NCBI GenBank assembly: GCA_016183535.1
Contig: JACPEK010000006.1
Location: 1-36,014 of the forward strand
Reading direction: 5' to 3'
Length of the DNA stretch: 36,014 nt
From: Candidatus Brennerbacteria bacterium
GTDB lineage: Bacteria; Patescibacteriota; Minisyncoccia; UBA6257; GWB1-50-10
Within the stretch, counting starts at the first letter, position 1; each line of letters starts with the position of its first letter. Both the position numbers and the translations under genes were made by a program. The notes under the pieces are model-generated. The model saw only the letters and a list, made by a program, of their open reading frames with translations. It was not told the DNA's origin and searched no databases. Of the stretch, positions 18,180-27,715 are shown in pieces.

Positions 18180-18605
18180 CTATTCCACCACCTCTATGCC
18201 CATGTTGCGGGCAGTCCCCTCCACCATGCGCATCGCGGCGTTCATGTCTTCAGTGTTGAAGTCCACCATTTTCCGTTCTGCGATTTTCCGCACGTCCTCC
18301 TTTGTTACCTTCCCCACTTTTGACTTCCCCGCCACACCGGAACCTTTTTCAATCCCCGCCGCTTTTTTGAGAAGCGCCGAGGCGGGCGGTGTTTTAAGTT
18401 TAAAGGTGAAAGAGCGGTCGTCGTAAATTGTGATCTCCGCCGGCACGATATCGCCCGTCATTTCCTTCGTGGCATCGTTGAACTGTTTACAAAACTCCGC
18501 GATGTTCACGCCATGAGGACCAAGCGCGGTTCCCACGGGAGGCGCGGGGTTCGCGGCGCCCGCGGGGAGCTGGAGCTTCAATACTGTTTTGACGGGTTTG
18601 GCCAT
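18180..18605 (-). CDS. rplK: 50S ribosomal protein L11
   Basis: [28 protein letters not shown]. Confidence 0.98.
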   Translation of the reverse strand: MAKPVKTVLKLQLPAGAANPAPPVGTALGPHGVNIAEFCKQFNDATKEMTGDIVPAEITIYDDRSFTFKLKTPPASALLKKAAGIEKGSGVAGKSKVGKVTKEDVRKIAERKMVDFNTEDMNAAMRMVEGTARNMGIEVVE

Positions 18606-18690
18606 GATACTTAGTTGATTAGTTACGCTTCGCTTTAGTTGAACAGTTTGAACAGAATATAGGAAACTAATGAACTGATCAACTGTTTAA

Positions 18691-19278
18691 CTAGATCTTC
18701 TGCACCTGCAACGAGTCAAGCTCCAATAAGGTGTCGCGACCGAAGACCGGCACCAGTACCTTCACCTTCCCATGTCCCTCGTCCACCTCCGAAACTTTCC
18801 CCTCCTGATCCTTGAAGGGGCCGTCCGCGATGCGTACGAGATCATTCACTTTCAGATCAACTTTGAACTTTGTCTCGCGCTCCCCCATTCGTCCCAAAAG
18901 TTCCGCAATTTCTTCATCCGAGAGCGGGGCGGGAACCGCAGGGTCGGTGCCCACAAAGCCGGTCACGCGCGGGGTATTGCGCACCACCGCCCAAGAGTCG
19001 TGATCTAAAATCATCTCGACGAGCACATAGCCCGGATATATTTTTTCTTCAATGGTGTACCGCTTCCCGCTCCGCACCTTGATTTTTACCTCTTTCGGCA
19101 CCACCACGCTGAATATTTTATCCGTCATCATGAGAGACTCCACGCGCTGGTTCAGATAGCGCGCCACCGCGTCTTCATACCCGGAGTAGGTATGGATGGC
19201 ATACCAGCGCCGCGGATTTTTAGGGGCGGCGCCCACAGGTTCCGAAGGAATGTTTTTTTTTGCTACTCGATGATCCAT
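18691..19278 (-). CDS. nusG: Transcription termination/antitermination factor NusG
   Basis: WYAIHTYSGYE, YPGYVLVEM, VRNTPRVTGFVG, KOW DGPF. Confidence 0.97.
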   Translation of the reverse strand: MDHRVAKKNIPSEPVGAAPKNPRRWYAIHTYSGYEDAVARYLNQRVESLMMTDKIFSVVVPKEVKIKVRSGKRYTIEEKIYPGYVLVEMILDHDSWAVVRNTPRVTGFVGTDPAVPAPLSDEEIAELLGRMGERETKFKVDLKVNDLVRIADGPFKDQEGKVSEVDEGHGKVKVLVPVFGRDTLLELDSLQVQKI

Positions 19279-19445
19279 TGGAGGAGATTTAGAAATCCAT
19301 AATCAAGAAGTCCAAGAAACGCGGCAAAAGCGACCGAAAAGGCGATAACGAAAAGCGTATAGCGTTTCGTTTCTTCCCTACTTGGCCAGTTCACGCGCTT
19401 GAGCTCCTGCTTCGATTCCTGAAGAAAGTTGGCGATGTGACTCAT
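19263..19445 (-). CDS. secE: Preprotein translocase subunit SecE
   Basis: ELKRVNWPSREET + TM; upstream of nusG. Confidence 0.93.
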   Translation of the reverse strand: MSHIANFLQESKQELKRVNWPSREETKRYTLFVIAFSVAFAAFLGLLDYGFLNLLQWIIE

Positions 19446-19535
19446 GGTGCGAATGTTCACGAATGGGACATGAATTTTATGAATATACCTTCACGCTCAT
19501 TCGAAAATTCATTTGTGATATTAGTGTTTTTTTCA

Positions 19536-21452
19536 CTAGACGTCAAGATTCTTGACCGCCGCGGCGTGCGCTTGAATGAAATTTTTCCTCGGCTCTACCT
19601 CCTCGCCCATGAGGATATTGAAAAGGCGGTTTGCCTCAACCGCATCCCTGACTTCGATCCGTTTCAGGGCGCGCACGGCCGGATCGAGCGTCGTTTCCCA
19701 GAGCTGGCCGGGGTTCATCTCGCCCAATCCTTTGTAACGTTGAACTCCCGCTCCTTCACCTATCGCGGCGAGCACGCGGTCACGTTCTTTATCGCTCCAC
19801 GCATAGCGCACCTCTTTCCCGCGCGCGATCCGAAAAAGCGGAGGGGCGGCGATGTAGAGATGTTCTTCCTCCACGATCTTCGGAAAATAGCGATAAAACA
19901 GCGTGAGGAGAAGCGTACGGATGTGCGCACCATCCACATCGGCGTCCGTCATAATGATAATTTTCCCGTACCGCAGTTTCGAAAGGTCGAAATTGTCGGC
20001 AATCGCGGTACCCAAAGCAACGACCAACGCCCGAATTTCCTTGTTTACAAGCATCTTATCGATGCGGGCTTTTTCCACGTTTAGAATCTTCCCGCGGAGC
20101 GGGAGAATCGCCTGAAAACGGCGGTCGCGCCCCTGCTTTGCCGAGCCGCCGGCGGAGTCTCCTTCGACAATGAAGAGTTCCGATTCGTCGGCGTTCCGGG
20201 AACTGCAATCCGCGAGCTTCCCCGGGAGCGTGAGGCCCTCAAGCGCGCCCTTCCTTAGCACGGTGTCCTTTGCCGCTTTCGCCGCTCTCCGCGCCTTCGC
20301 CGCAAGGAGATTTTTTTCTATGATGCCTCGCGCATCGCCCGCCGCGCGCTCCAAAAATTCCTTGAGCGCTTCCGAAACCGCCGTGTCAACGGCCGCGCGC
20401 GCTTCCGTATTCCCGAGCCGCGCTTTTGTTTGCCCCTCGAACTGCGGCTCGCGGATTTTTATCGACACTGCGGCCACCAAGCCTTCCCGCACATCGTCAC
20501 CGGTAAGATTGTCGTCCGCGTCTTTCACATAACCTTCTTTCCGAGCGTAATCGTTCAACGTGCGCGTGAGCGCCGTCCGGAATCCGGTAAGGTGCATGCC
20601 GCCGTCCGGCGTGTAGATATTGTTCGCGAATGAAAGCTCTTCATTCTCGACGTCATCCACATACACGAAAGCCACCTCGACGTCTATCTTCTCCACCTCT
20701 TTATGAACATAGAACGGATCTTTTTGGATAACCCGCTCGCCCTCGACAAGATAATGAATGAATGATTGAAGCCCGCCCTCGAAATAAAAACCATGCGACA
20801 CGGGAGCGCCATCGCGCGTATCCGCGAGCAGTATGCGCACGCCTTTCGTGAGATACGCCTGCTGACGCATATGATCCACGATGCGTTTCCAATCGTATTT
20901 GATCTCGGAAAATATCGCGGGATCGGCGTCGAACACAACCTTCGTGCCGTTCCGATCGCACTTCCCGATCTTCTTGACCGCCGCCTTCGGCTTGCCCCGC
21001 TCGTACTCTTGGACATACCTTACTCCGTCGCGGCACACCTCGACGCGAAGCCACGAAGAGAGCGCATTCACCACGGAAACCCCCACGCCGTGAAGTCCGC
21101 CCGACACCTTATACGACTCGCCGCCGAATTTTCCTCCGGCGTGAAGGGTGGTCAAAACCGTCTCGAGCGCGGACTTCTTCGTCTGCGCATGGGTGTCCAC
21201 CGGAATGCCCCGCCCGTCATCCGTCACCGCCACGCGCCCTTGCGGCAGAAACTCGATCACGATGTTCTTTGCGTGTCCAGCCATCGCTTCGTCGATAGAG
21301 TTGTCGACCACCTCCCATACAAGGTGGTGAAGACCATCCACTCCCGTCGAACCGATATACATCCCCGGCCGCTTTCGTACCGGCTCGAGTCCCTCGAGCA
21401 CGTAGATATCTTTCGCGTCGTAGGATGATGAAGATTTCTCTTGTTTCGCCAT
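19536..21452 (-). CDS. gyrB: DNA gyrase subunit B
   Basis: [55 protein letters not shown]. Confidence 0.96.
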   Translation of the reverse strand: MAKQEKSSSSYDAKDIYVLEGLEPVRKRPGMYIGSTGVDGLHHLVWEVVDNSIDEAMAGHAKNIVIEFLPQGRVAVTDDGRGIPVDTHAQTKKSALETVLTTLHAGGKFGGESYKVSGGLHGVGVSVVNALSSWLRVEVCRDGVRYVQEYERGKPKAAVKKIGKCDRNGTKVVFDADPAIFSEIKYDWKRIVDHMRQQAYLTKGVRILLADTRDGAPVSHGFYFEGGLQSFIHYLVEGERVIQKDPFYVHKEVEKIDVEVAFVYVDDVENEELSFANNIYTPDGGMHLTGFRTALTRTLNDYARKEGYVKDADDNLTGDDVREGLVAAVSIKIREPQFEGQTKARLGNTEARAAVDTAVSEALKEFLERAAGDARGIIEKNLLAAKARRAAKAAKDTVLRKGALEGLTLPGKLADCSSRNADESELFIVEGDSAGGSAKQGRDRRFQAILPLRGKILNVEKARIDKMLVNKEIRALVVALGTAIADNFDLSKLRYGKIIIMTDADVDGAHIRTLLLTLFYRYFPKIVEEEHLYIAAPPLFRIARGKEVRYAWSDKERDRVLAAIGEGAGVQRYKGLGEMNPGQLWETTLDPAVRALKRIEVRDAVEANRLFNILMGEEVEPRKNFIQAHAAAVKNLDV

Positions 21453-21556
21453 TTTTCGATAAAAATACCCCGTTCTAAGGGCCTTGGTTATGACTTCATA
21501 CTATCAAAAAACTGCGCAAAAATCCAGCGCGAGAAAGACCAAAACACCTCTTGAAA

Positions 21557-22195
21557 TCAACGGAATTTCCTCTTCAAAAGCGCGAAGATCACCAAAACGA
21601 CCGCAAAGATGCCAAGCGCCATCACTATGAAATTCGAAAGCGACGAAAATTGAGCCGCATATTGGGCGTAAGCTCCCCCTACCGACCACCCTAAAAATCC
21701 CATAAGAATCGCCCGCGCAACGCCGCCAAAAAACGTGATGATAATGAACCTTTTCACGGGATACCGCACGATCCCGCAAACCGCAGAGATAAGAAAATTT
21801 GGCGTAATGGGCACCGCGCGAAGCACAAAAATAATTACTTCGTCCGCGCCGCCCCGCGTGAACCGTGCTTCGGCTTGTTCCAACTTTCCCCACGTGAGGC
21901 CGAAAATCTTCCCCCACCGCACAATTGCGGATTTCCCGCCGAGAAAGGCGACGGAATAGACAAAAAGCGAACCCAGGGTAAGTCCCGCGCTCGCCGGAAG
22001 TATCACCTTGAGAAATGCGGGAAGCGCGATCGCGGCGAAATTTTCCCCCTGCGGAATAAGAAAAAAACCCGCCGCCATCAGGGCAAGCGACGACGGCACC
22101 GGCGCCACAATCTCCTCAATGAGCGAGAGGAAGAACACGCCGAGCACCCCGTACTGTTCGACGAGTGGCGCGATTGTTTGAATGAGGGAATCCAT
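21557..22195 (-). CDS. DedA/VTT-domain membrane protein
   Basis: IEEIVAPVPSS, AGLTLGSLFVY, LRAVP; multiple TMs. Confidence 0.85.
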   Translation of the reverse strand: MDSLIQTIAPLVEQYGVLGVFFLSLIEEIVAPVPSSLALMAAGFFLIPQGENFAAIALPAFLKVILPASAGLTLGSLFVYSVAFLGGKSAIVRWGKIFGLTWGKLEQAEARFTRGGADEVIIFVLRAVPITPNFLISAVCGIVRYPVKRFIIITFFGGVARAILMGFLGWSVGGAYAQYAAQFSSLSNFIVMALGIFAVVLVIFALLKRKFR

Positions 22196-22196
22196 T

Positions 22197-22390
22197 TGGT
22201 AGCCCCAAGGAGAGATCGGCTTCGACTCAATTATGCGCCGTCGCGCATAATCGGTCTAGTCACCACCTCGCGCCCCTCGTTGCTACTCGGGACAGGCTCC
22301 GGTGTTCGATTCTCCTTCGCGAGCCAAATAGTTGGCTCGCTTGAGGCAAAAAATCAAAAAGGCGGGGCAAGCCCGCCGCTTTGATTTTTG
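22197..22390. mobile_element. Non-coding hairpin-rich insertion at the tRNA-Glu 3' end, bounded by a 15-bp direct repeat
   Basis: GTAGCCCCAAGGAGA at 22199-22213 and 22390-22404; three internal hairpins. Confidence 0.65.
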
Positions 22391-22462
22391 TAGCCCCAAG
22401 GAGAATCGAACTCCTGTTTGTACCGTGAGAGGGTACCGTCCTAGCCACTAGACGATGGGGCC
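22391..22462 (-). tRNA. tRNA-Glu(CTC)
   Basis: GGCCCCA/TGGGGCT acceptor, GTACC-CT-CTC-AC-GGTAC anticodon arm, AGGAG-TTCGATT-CTCCT T arm; followed by CAA rather than CCA. Confidence 0.95.
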
Positions 22463-22699
22463 AATCAGTCTTTCAATCGCTTCACGCTTCTTCCACGATT
22501 TCACCCGTAATTCTCTTCGGCGCGCTTCTTGTCTTGTAGGAAACGATTCTGTATATACTACCTTCCAAGGTCGGTGTACCTTCGTTGACTTTACCTCACC
22601 GCGATTGTGCTTCGCAAGCCGTTTCTTGATACCTTCCGTTGAACCAACGTAGTAACGTTGATTCTTGAGCGACTCCAAGATATAAAACGTGTGTTCCGT
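22448..22699 (-). CDS. Stand-alone GIY-YIG nuclease (start codon uncertain, possibly defective)
   Basis: TFYILESLKNQRYYVGST...RLAKHNRG...ST...RPW..VY.E....R.EA..RE..VKSWK; frame open up to TGA 22703-22705 with no in-frame ATG; stop lies inside the tRNA D arm. Confidence 0.8.
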   Translation of the reverse strand, partial: TEHTFYILESLKNQRYYVGSTEGIKKRLAKHNRGEVKSTKVHRPWKVVYTESFPTRQEARRRELRVKSWKKREAIERLIGPIV

Positions 22700-22705
22700 A
22701 GATCA

Positions 22706-22838
22706 TCCCGATTTGCTACCACATCGAGGACTCGCGACTCTGTCGGAGCTAGTCCCGATTTCTTCTCCGCTACTGCGGAGCTAAGAAATCGAGGATCCTC
22801 GATTTCTCAACCACGATTCATCGTGGGAGAAATCGGGA
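22706..22838. repeat. Three REP-like palindromes TCCCGAT...ATCG(A)GGA
   Basis: 22706-22730, 22753-22795 and 22796-22838 (the last two form an inverted pair of 43-bp hairpins). Confidence 0.8.
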
Positions 22839-22865
22839 ACGATGGCGCCGTACCTGACTACCAAG

Positions 22866-24191
22866 TTACTCCAATTCTCCGTCATCGTACAATCCCTTCT
22901 CATGGAACCACTGCGGTTCCTGCCGCACGAGAAGTTCCTCGGCGCGCATAGGCTCCCGCATAAACCGCTTCACCACCCGCTCGAGGCGCACCCCTTGCGA
23001 AGCTTTGAAAAGCACAACGTCCCCTTCCTTGAGCGCGTCATCGAGATAGTGCGCGGCGTCGGCGAGGGTAAGAAATGAATGAATTTTCCCTTTCGACATA
23101 CCGCCCGCGAGCGCGGCTTCCGCCGCGAATTTCGCGCGATGACCCACCGTTACCAACACATCGGCGACTTTCGCCGCCTGCGTTCCGATTTCCTCGTGCG
23201 CCGGAACCGTAAACTTTCCCAATTCGAGCATATCTCCCACAACCGCGATTTTTCGGGATCCGCCAAGTTCCTTCAAAGTATCGAGCGCGTCTTTTGTCGC
23301 GAGCGGAGAGGCATTATAGGTCGAATCAACGAGTAACGTACCGCGAATGCCGGGGATCGCCCGTAAACGACCCGGCGGCGTCACGCACGATTCGAGTCCC
23401 GCCGCGATTTCGGCGAGATTCATCCGGAACGCGATGCCCACCGCGGCGGCGGCGCCCGCCGCATACGCCGCGGCAGCCCCGAGCGCGTTTGCCATACGTA
23501 CCGGCACGACGGCGCCGCCGTAGGAAAGTTTGAAGCGAAGTTCCGCATTCCCGTTTTCAAGCACGTTCCGCAAAACCATAAGTTTTACACCCGCTTCTTC
23601 TCCGAACCCAAATGTAATCACTCTCCCCTTCACGAGATTCGCCGCACTTGCCACCTTCGGATCGTCGGCATTCAACACCGCAAATCCATCTTCCGTGACC
23701 GCTTTCACCAGTTTTGTCTTTTCCCGAAACAGCATTTCCGGCCCCGCGAAAAATTCTACGTGCACCGGTATGTCTCCCATCGCGGTCACTACCGCAACAT
23801 CGGGCGCGGCGATCCGAACCAGACGATCCATGTCGCCGGGCCGATCAATGGCGTACTCCAACACCAGCACTTCCGGATATTCCGGGTCGCGCACAATGAG
23901 CCGATAGCACGCAGTGAGAATAACTTCGCACCAGAAGCGCACTCCACCGCTCCGCTCCGTGCCGCTTATGATAGTAAGCGGCACGCCAAGCTCGTTATTA
24001 AAACTCTTTGCGGCGGCGCGCACCCGATACCTTCGCGCGAGCACCGCGCCGATCGCCTCCTTCGCGGACGTCTTGCCAACGTTACCGGTCACTGCCACTA
24101 CGCCCGGCGTATACCGCAGGATGGTGAGGCGCGCGAGGAGCCTCAATTTCCACATGAGAAGCTTGAGAAGCAATAATTTCATTCCACTCAT
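22866..24191 (-). CDS. murF: UDP-N-acetylmuramoyl-tripeptide--D-alanyl-D-alanine ligase
   Basis: VTGNVGKTSAKE, SFNNELGVP, DSTYNASP, GDMLELG, FKASQG. Confidence 0.92.
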   Translation of the reverse strand: MSGMKLLLLKLLMWKLRLLARLTILRYTPGVVAVTGNVGKTSAKEAIGAVLARRYRVRAAAKSFNNELGVPLTIISGTERSGGVRFWCEVILTACYRLIVRDPEYPEVLVLEYAIDRPGDMDRLVRIAAPDVAVVTAMGDIPVHVEFFAGPEMLFREKTKLVKAVTEDGFAVLNADDPKVASAANLVKGRVITFGFGEEAGVKLMVLRNVLENGNAELRFKLSYGGAVVPVRMANALGAAAAYAAGAAAAVGIAFRMNLAEIAAGLESCVTPPGRLRAIPGIRGTLLVDSTYNASPLATKDALDTLKELGGSRKIAVVGDMLELGKFTVPAHEEIGTQAAKVADVLVTVGHRAKFAAEAALAGGMSKGKIHSFLTLADAAHYLDDALKEGDVVLFKASQGVRLERVVKRFMREPMRAEELLVRQEPQWFHEKGLYDDGELE

Positions 24192-24252
24192 AGTTCGCCC
24201 TTAACTTTACCCACCCAACTACAACAAGTAAACGAGGTGCGCGGTGCGCGGC

Positions 24253-25845
24253 TTATTCACGGGACAGGTTATCCGGCGGAACACGATAGTACGTCAAAAG
24301 AAACTCCGCGAGGCTTCGAAATGCCGGCACGACCGTAATCCCGGCAAGCTCTCCCACTTTGGGACGGTCGAGTTTCACCAGTACGACGAAACGCGGATCA
24401 GACACCGGCGCCGTACCGACAAACGTATGAATAAGTTCATCGGAATAGCCGCCGTTTTCGAAATCCGGAATGAACGCAGTGCCGGTTTTTCCGGCCACCC
24501 GATAACCCGCGATCACCGCCACCTTGTTCACGTTGACCGTCGATTCCATCATACGGAGCACCGCCGCCGCCGCTTCTTTCGAAACCGCCCGCCCTGCCCT
24601 ACGCGACGGAGCGTCCTTAAGAATCGAGGGGGTGAGCCGCACGCCTCCGTTCGCGAGGGTCGCATAGGCGTTCACAAGCTGGAGCGGCGTTACCGCCGTT
24701 CCCTGGCCGAACGAGGCGGTGGCAAGTTCGATGGATTTCGTGTCGGGCTTGGTGAGATTTTTCAGACTGCCCGCAACTTCCTCCGGCGCGCCGATTCCCG
24801 TTACCGCGCCGAATCCGAATTTTTCCAGATAGTCCACATACCGCTCGCGGCCGAGACGCTCCGCCGCAAACACGCTACCAGTGTTGATGGAACGCTCAAT
24901 CACGTTCGTCATCGTTACCGTACCGTACACTCTGTTATCAAAATTATGAATCGTTCTTCGGTCGCGCGTGACCGACCCCTTATCCATATAGGTCGTCTCC
25001 GGCGTAACGGCGCCCGCGTCGAGCGCCGAGGCCATCGTAATCGCTTTCATCACCGATCCGGGCTCGTAGACGTACGAGAACGCGGGATTTAAAAACCTTG
25101 CGATGGGCGCCACGCGATACTCGTTCGGGTCGAAATCCGGCTTCGACACCACCGCGAGGAGTGCGCCGGTTTTCGGATCCTCCACTATGACGGTGCCTCC
25201 CGTCGCGCCGTATTCGCCGATGAGACGCGCGAGCGCGCCTTCCGCTTCCGTCTGCACAAAGGGGTCAATCGAGAGGTGGCGATCTTCGCCTTCCGCGAGC
25301 GCATCCTCAAAATATTTTTCGGCTCCGTAGAGCCCCCGTGGAACGTTCGTGTCCGCATTCAATCCCACAAAACCCATAAGATGGGAAGCGAACGATCCGC
25401 GCGGATAGGAACGATACTGCTTTGTGCCGGTATAAATTCCTTCTGGCGCTTCCCGGAGAGCGGCGACCAGTTCCGATGATATTTTCTCTGCAAGAAGCTT
25501 AAAAAGATTCTTCTTCTCCGAGAATGTTTTTTCGAGCGAATCCGCCGAGACGCCGAGGAGCGGCGCGAGAAATCCCGCGGCTTCCTTCGCGTCCTCAATC
25601 TCTTTCGGCACCGCGTACACCACCGATTCGTTACGGTTCACTGCGATCGGAACCGCCGTGTCGTTCCGGTCGGTAAAAAAAATACTTCCGCGGCGAAGCG
25701 AGAGTTGTTGCAAAGCTTCCGCGCGCGCGGAGGCGCGCGCGGAGTGTTCCTCCCCATGGAGAATCTGGAGTTGGTAGAGGTTGAACCCTACAAGTACAAA
25801 AAGAAGCGCAAAACCGAAATTCAATAAGAAGAAACGGAGCGCCAT
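24253..25845 (-). CDS. ftsI: Class B penicillin-binding protein (FtsI-like)
   Basis: YEPGSVMK (SxxK), SIN (SxN), GKTGTA; in the mraZ-rsmH cluster. Confidence 0.85.
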   Translation of the reverse strand: MALRFFLLNFGFALLFVLVGFNLYQLQILHGEEHSARASARAEALQQLSLRRGSIFFTDRNDTAVPIAVNRNESVVYAVPKEIEDAKEAAGFLAPLLGVSADSLEKTFSEKKNLFKLLAEKISSELVAALREAPEGIYTGTKQYRSYPRGSFASHLMGFVGLNADTNVPRGLYGAEKYFEDALAEGEDRHLSIDPFVQTEAEGALARLIGEYGATGGTVIVEDPKTGALLAVVSKPDFDPNEYRVAPIARFLNPAFSYVYEPGSVMKAITMASALDAGAVTPETTYMDKGSVTRDRRTIHNFDNRVYGTVTMTNVIERSINTGSVFAAERLGRERYVDYLEKFGFGAVTGIGAPEEVAGSLKNLTKPDTKSIELATASFGQGTAVTPLQLVNAYATLANGGVRLTPSILKDAPSRRAGRAVSKEAAAAVLRMMESTVNVNKVAVIAGYRVAGKTGTAFIPDFENGGYSDELIHTFVGTAPVSDPRFVVLVKLDRPKVGELAGITVVPAFRSLAEFLLTYYRVPPDNLSRE

Positions 25846-26132
25846 GGGGAGAAAGTGAGGTATTCCGGATTCCGTTCTACGACGAGTCCGCGCTCCGCCG
25901 CGAGCGATTTGAGCTTCGAAGAATCCAGTTTCTTATAGAGCGCGTTTTTGAGATCCGCATTCGCTTCGCGCGCGCGCTCCACTGCTTTCTTTAATTCTCC
26001 CACTTCATAGCGCTCGGCCGCGAGCGCGTTGTACTCGAGTATATAAAATCCGCCGCCCACAATAAGGAGCGCGAAGAGCGAAACGAGAAAATATCTCAAT
26101 GTGAAATGTTGGTGAGGTTTGATGATAGTCAT
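25821..26132 (-). CDS. FtsL-like bitopic coiled-coil protein
   Basis: TM + coiled coil + AAERGLV tail; position between rsmH and the PBP. Confidence 0.6.
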   Translation of the reverse strand: MTIIKPHQHFTLRYFLVSLFALLIVGGGFYILEYNALAAERYEVGELKKAVERAREANADLKNALYKKLDSSKLKSLAAERGLVVERNPEYLTFSPWRSVSSY

Positions 26133-26169
26133 GAAATTCGGCGAGGAGAAAGTGGTTGGTAGTGAGTAG

Positions 26170-27042
26170 TCAAAGCATTTGCAAGGCTCTTAATTTTGCG
26201 GAGCGACTACGGGGATTTGCGAGTATTTCGGCGCGGGAAGGTTTTACCACATGCTTCGTGAGTAGCTTGGCCCTGCCGGACTTCGCGAGTGTTTTGAATC
26301 CTTCTTTTACAAACCGGTCTTCGAGGGAATGAAATGTGATGACGACCACTCGTCCGCCCGAGCGCACAATTTCCGGAAGGCGCGCAATGGTCGTCCGAAC
26401 ATTTTCAAGTTCATGGTTCACCGCGATGCGGAGCGCCATAAAGACTTTTGTCGCGGGGTGGATCTTTCCTTTTCTCGTGCCCCCCGCGCGCGCCACCACC
26501 TCCGCAAGCGCGCCGCTCGTGCGGATCGGCTGTTTCCTACGCGCCAAGACGATAGCGTGCGCGTACTTTGCGGCGTTCGGCTCCTCGCCGTGTTCACGGA
26601 AGATACGCGAAAGTTCGGCAACCGACGCGCCGGCAACCAATTTTGCGGCGGTGATGCCGCACCGCGTGTCATACCGCATGTCGAGCAACTCGTCGCGTTG
26701 AAAAGAAAATCCTCTCCCGCCCGCCTCAAGCTGGTCGGATGAAAGCCCAAGATCAAGGAGGAGTCCATCCGTCTTCGGCAATTTCTGCCGTTCGAGAATT
26801 GCGGGAAGCGCGGCGTACGAATCGTGCACAAAAATGGCGTTCGCGGAGTTCGCGAGCGCACGCTTCGCGCGCGCGAGCGCGTCCGCATCCGCATCCACTC
26901 CGAGTAGTCGCCCGCGCGGGCCGATCCTCCGGAGTATTTCCTTCGCGTGTCCGCCGCCGCCGAGGGTACCGTCAATCACAAAGTCGCCCTCATGGAGATT
27001 CAACGCCGCAATCGTTTCCTCTAAAAGAACGGGAGCATGCAT
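26170..27042 (-). CDS. rsmH: 16S rRNA m4C1402 methyltransferase
   Basis: HAPVLLEE, DGTLGGGGH, DLGLSS, LDMR, HPATKVFMALRIAVN, FHSLEDR, NPRSRSAKLR. Confidence 0.97.
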   Translation of the reverse strand: MHAPVLLEETIAALNLHEGDFVIDGTLGGGGHAKEILRRIGPRGRLLGVDADADALARAKRALANSANAIFVHDSYAALPAILERQKLPKTDGLLLDLGLSSDQLEAGGRGFSFQRDELLDMRYDTRCGITAAKLVAGASVAELSRIFREHGEEPNAAKYAHAIVLARRKQPIRTSGALAEVVARAGGTRKGKIHPATKVFMALRIAVNHELENVRTTIARLPEIVRSGGRVVVITFHSLEDRFVKEGFKTLAKSGRAKLLTKHVVKPSRAEILANPRSRSAKLRALQML

Positions 27043-27051
27043 GTACGACCT

Positions 27052-27483
27052 TTATATGCCGAGCGCTCCCAGTTGCTCGGCGATTTCGTCGGAAGCGGAT
27101 TCCGTCCGCGATTTGTATCTCTTCCACGTCCCTTCATCCCATACCTCCAAACGGTTCATCACTCCCGCCACCACGGCGAGTTTGGAAAGTCCGGCATACT
27201 CGCGAAGGTAATCGGGAATGAGGATGCGTCCCTGCCCGTCGAGTTCGACGTCCGAGGCGCCCGCCAGCATGAGACGCGCGAAGGCCCGTGAGTTTGCCTG
27301 CGCGAGTGGCAAGGCGATGAGTTTCTCCGCAAGCTTCTCCCACTCTTTCATGCCGAAAACAAAAAGGCAGTGATCGAGACCGCGCGTGATGATGGCGCCT
27401 TCCTTAAGTTGGACGCGGAACTTCGCGGGAAGCGCAATACGCCCCTTCGGGTCTATCGAATGTTTGTATTCGCCGAGGAGCAT
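27052..27483 (-). CDS. mraZ: Transcriptional regulator MraZ
   Basis: IDPKGRIALPAKFR, LDGQGRILIP, RLEVW. Confidence 0.97.
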   Translation of the reverse strand: MLLGEYKHSIDPKGRIALPAKFRVQLKEGAIITRGLDHCLFVFGMKEWEKLAEKLIALPLAQANSRAFARLMLAGASDVELDGQGRILIPDYLREYAGLSKLAVVAGVMNRLEVWDEGTWKRYKSRTESASDEIAEQLGALGI

Positions 27484-27495
27484 AATGTTTTATAG

Positions 27496-27561
27496 TTATC
27501 CCCAGATTGAGGCCTTATCCACACGGTTATCCACAATTCCCCACTTCTTGCCACTATTCTA
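27496..27561 (-). promoter_or_regulatory. mraZ control region: MraZ boxes plus DnaA boxes
   Basis: GTGG repeats at 10-nt spacing (CCAC at 27531, 27541, 27551); TTATCCACA at 27515 and 27527, TTATCCCCA at 27496; TG-n-TAGAAT -10 at 27556-27561. Confidence 0.75.
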
Positions 27562-27715
27562 GCACACTTCCCTCCCCGTCAACACAAACAAACACCCTGT
27601 CAGTTCATGGGCTGGCGGGGTAAAAGTTCTTTATTTTACTATCGTTCTAAAATTTTCAGTGGCGAGTTATCAACATATTGTTCACCCGGCGTACATAAGA
27701 AGAAAGAAGTTAGTT

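Noticed and set aside
19536-21452. gyrB without adjacent gyrA, gatB without gatA/gatC, short tsf and hrcA
   Set aside because: Split operons and shortened proteins are ordinary in reduced CPR genomes.
22250-22326. A second, + strand tRNA gene
   Set aside because: Has GTCTAGT, GTTCGATTC and a CCA, but no pairing acceptor or T stem; kept only as part of the insertion element.
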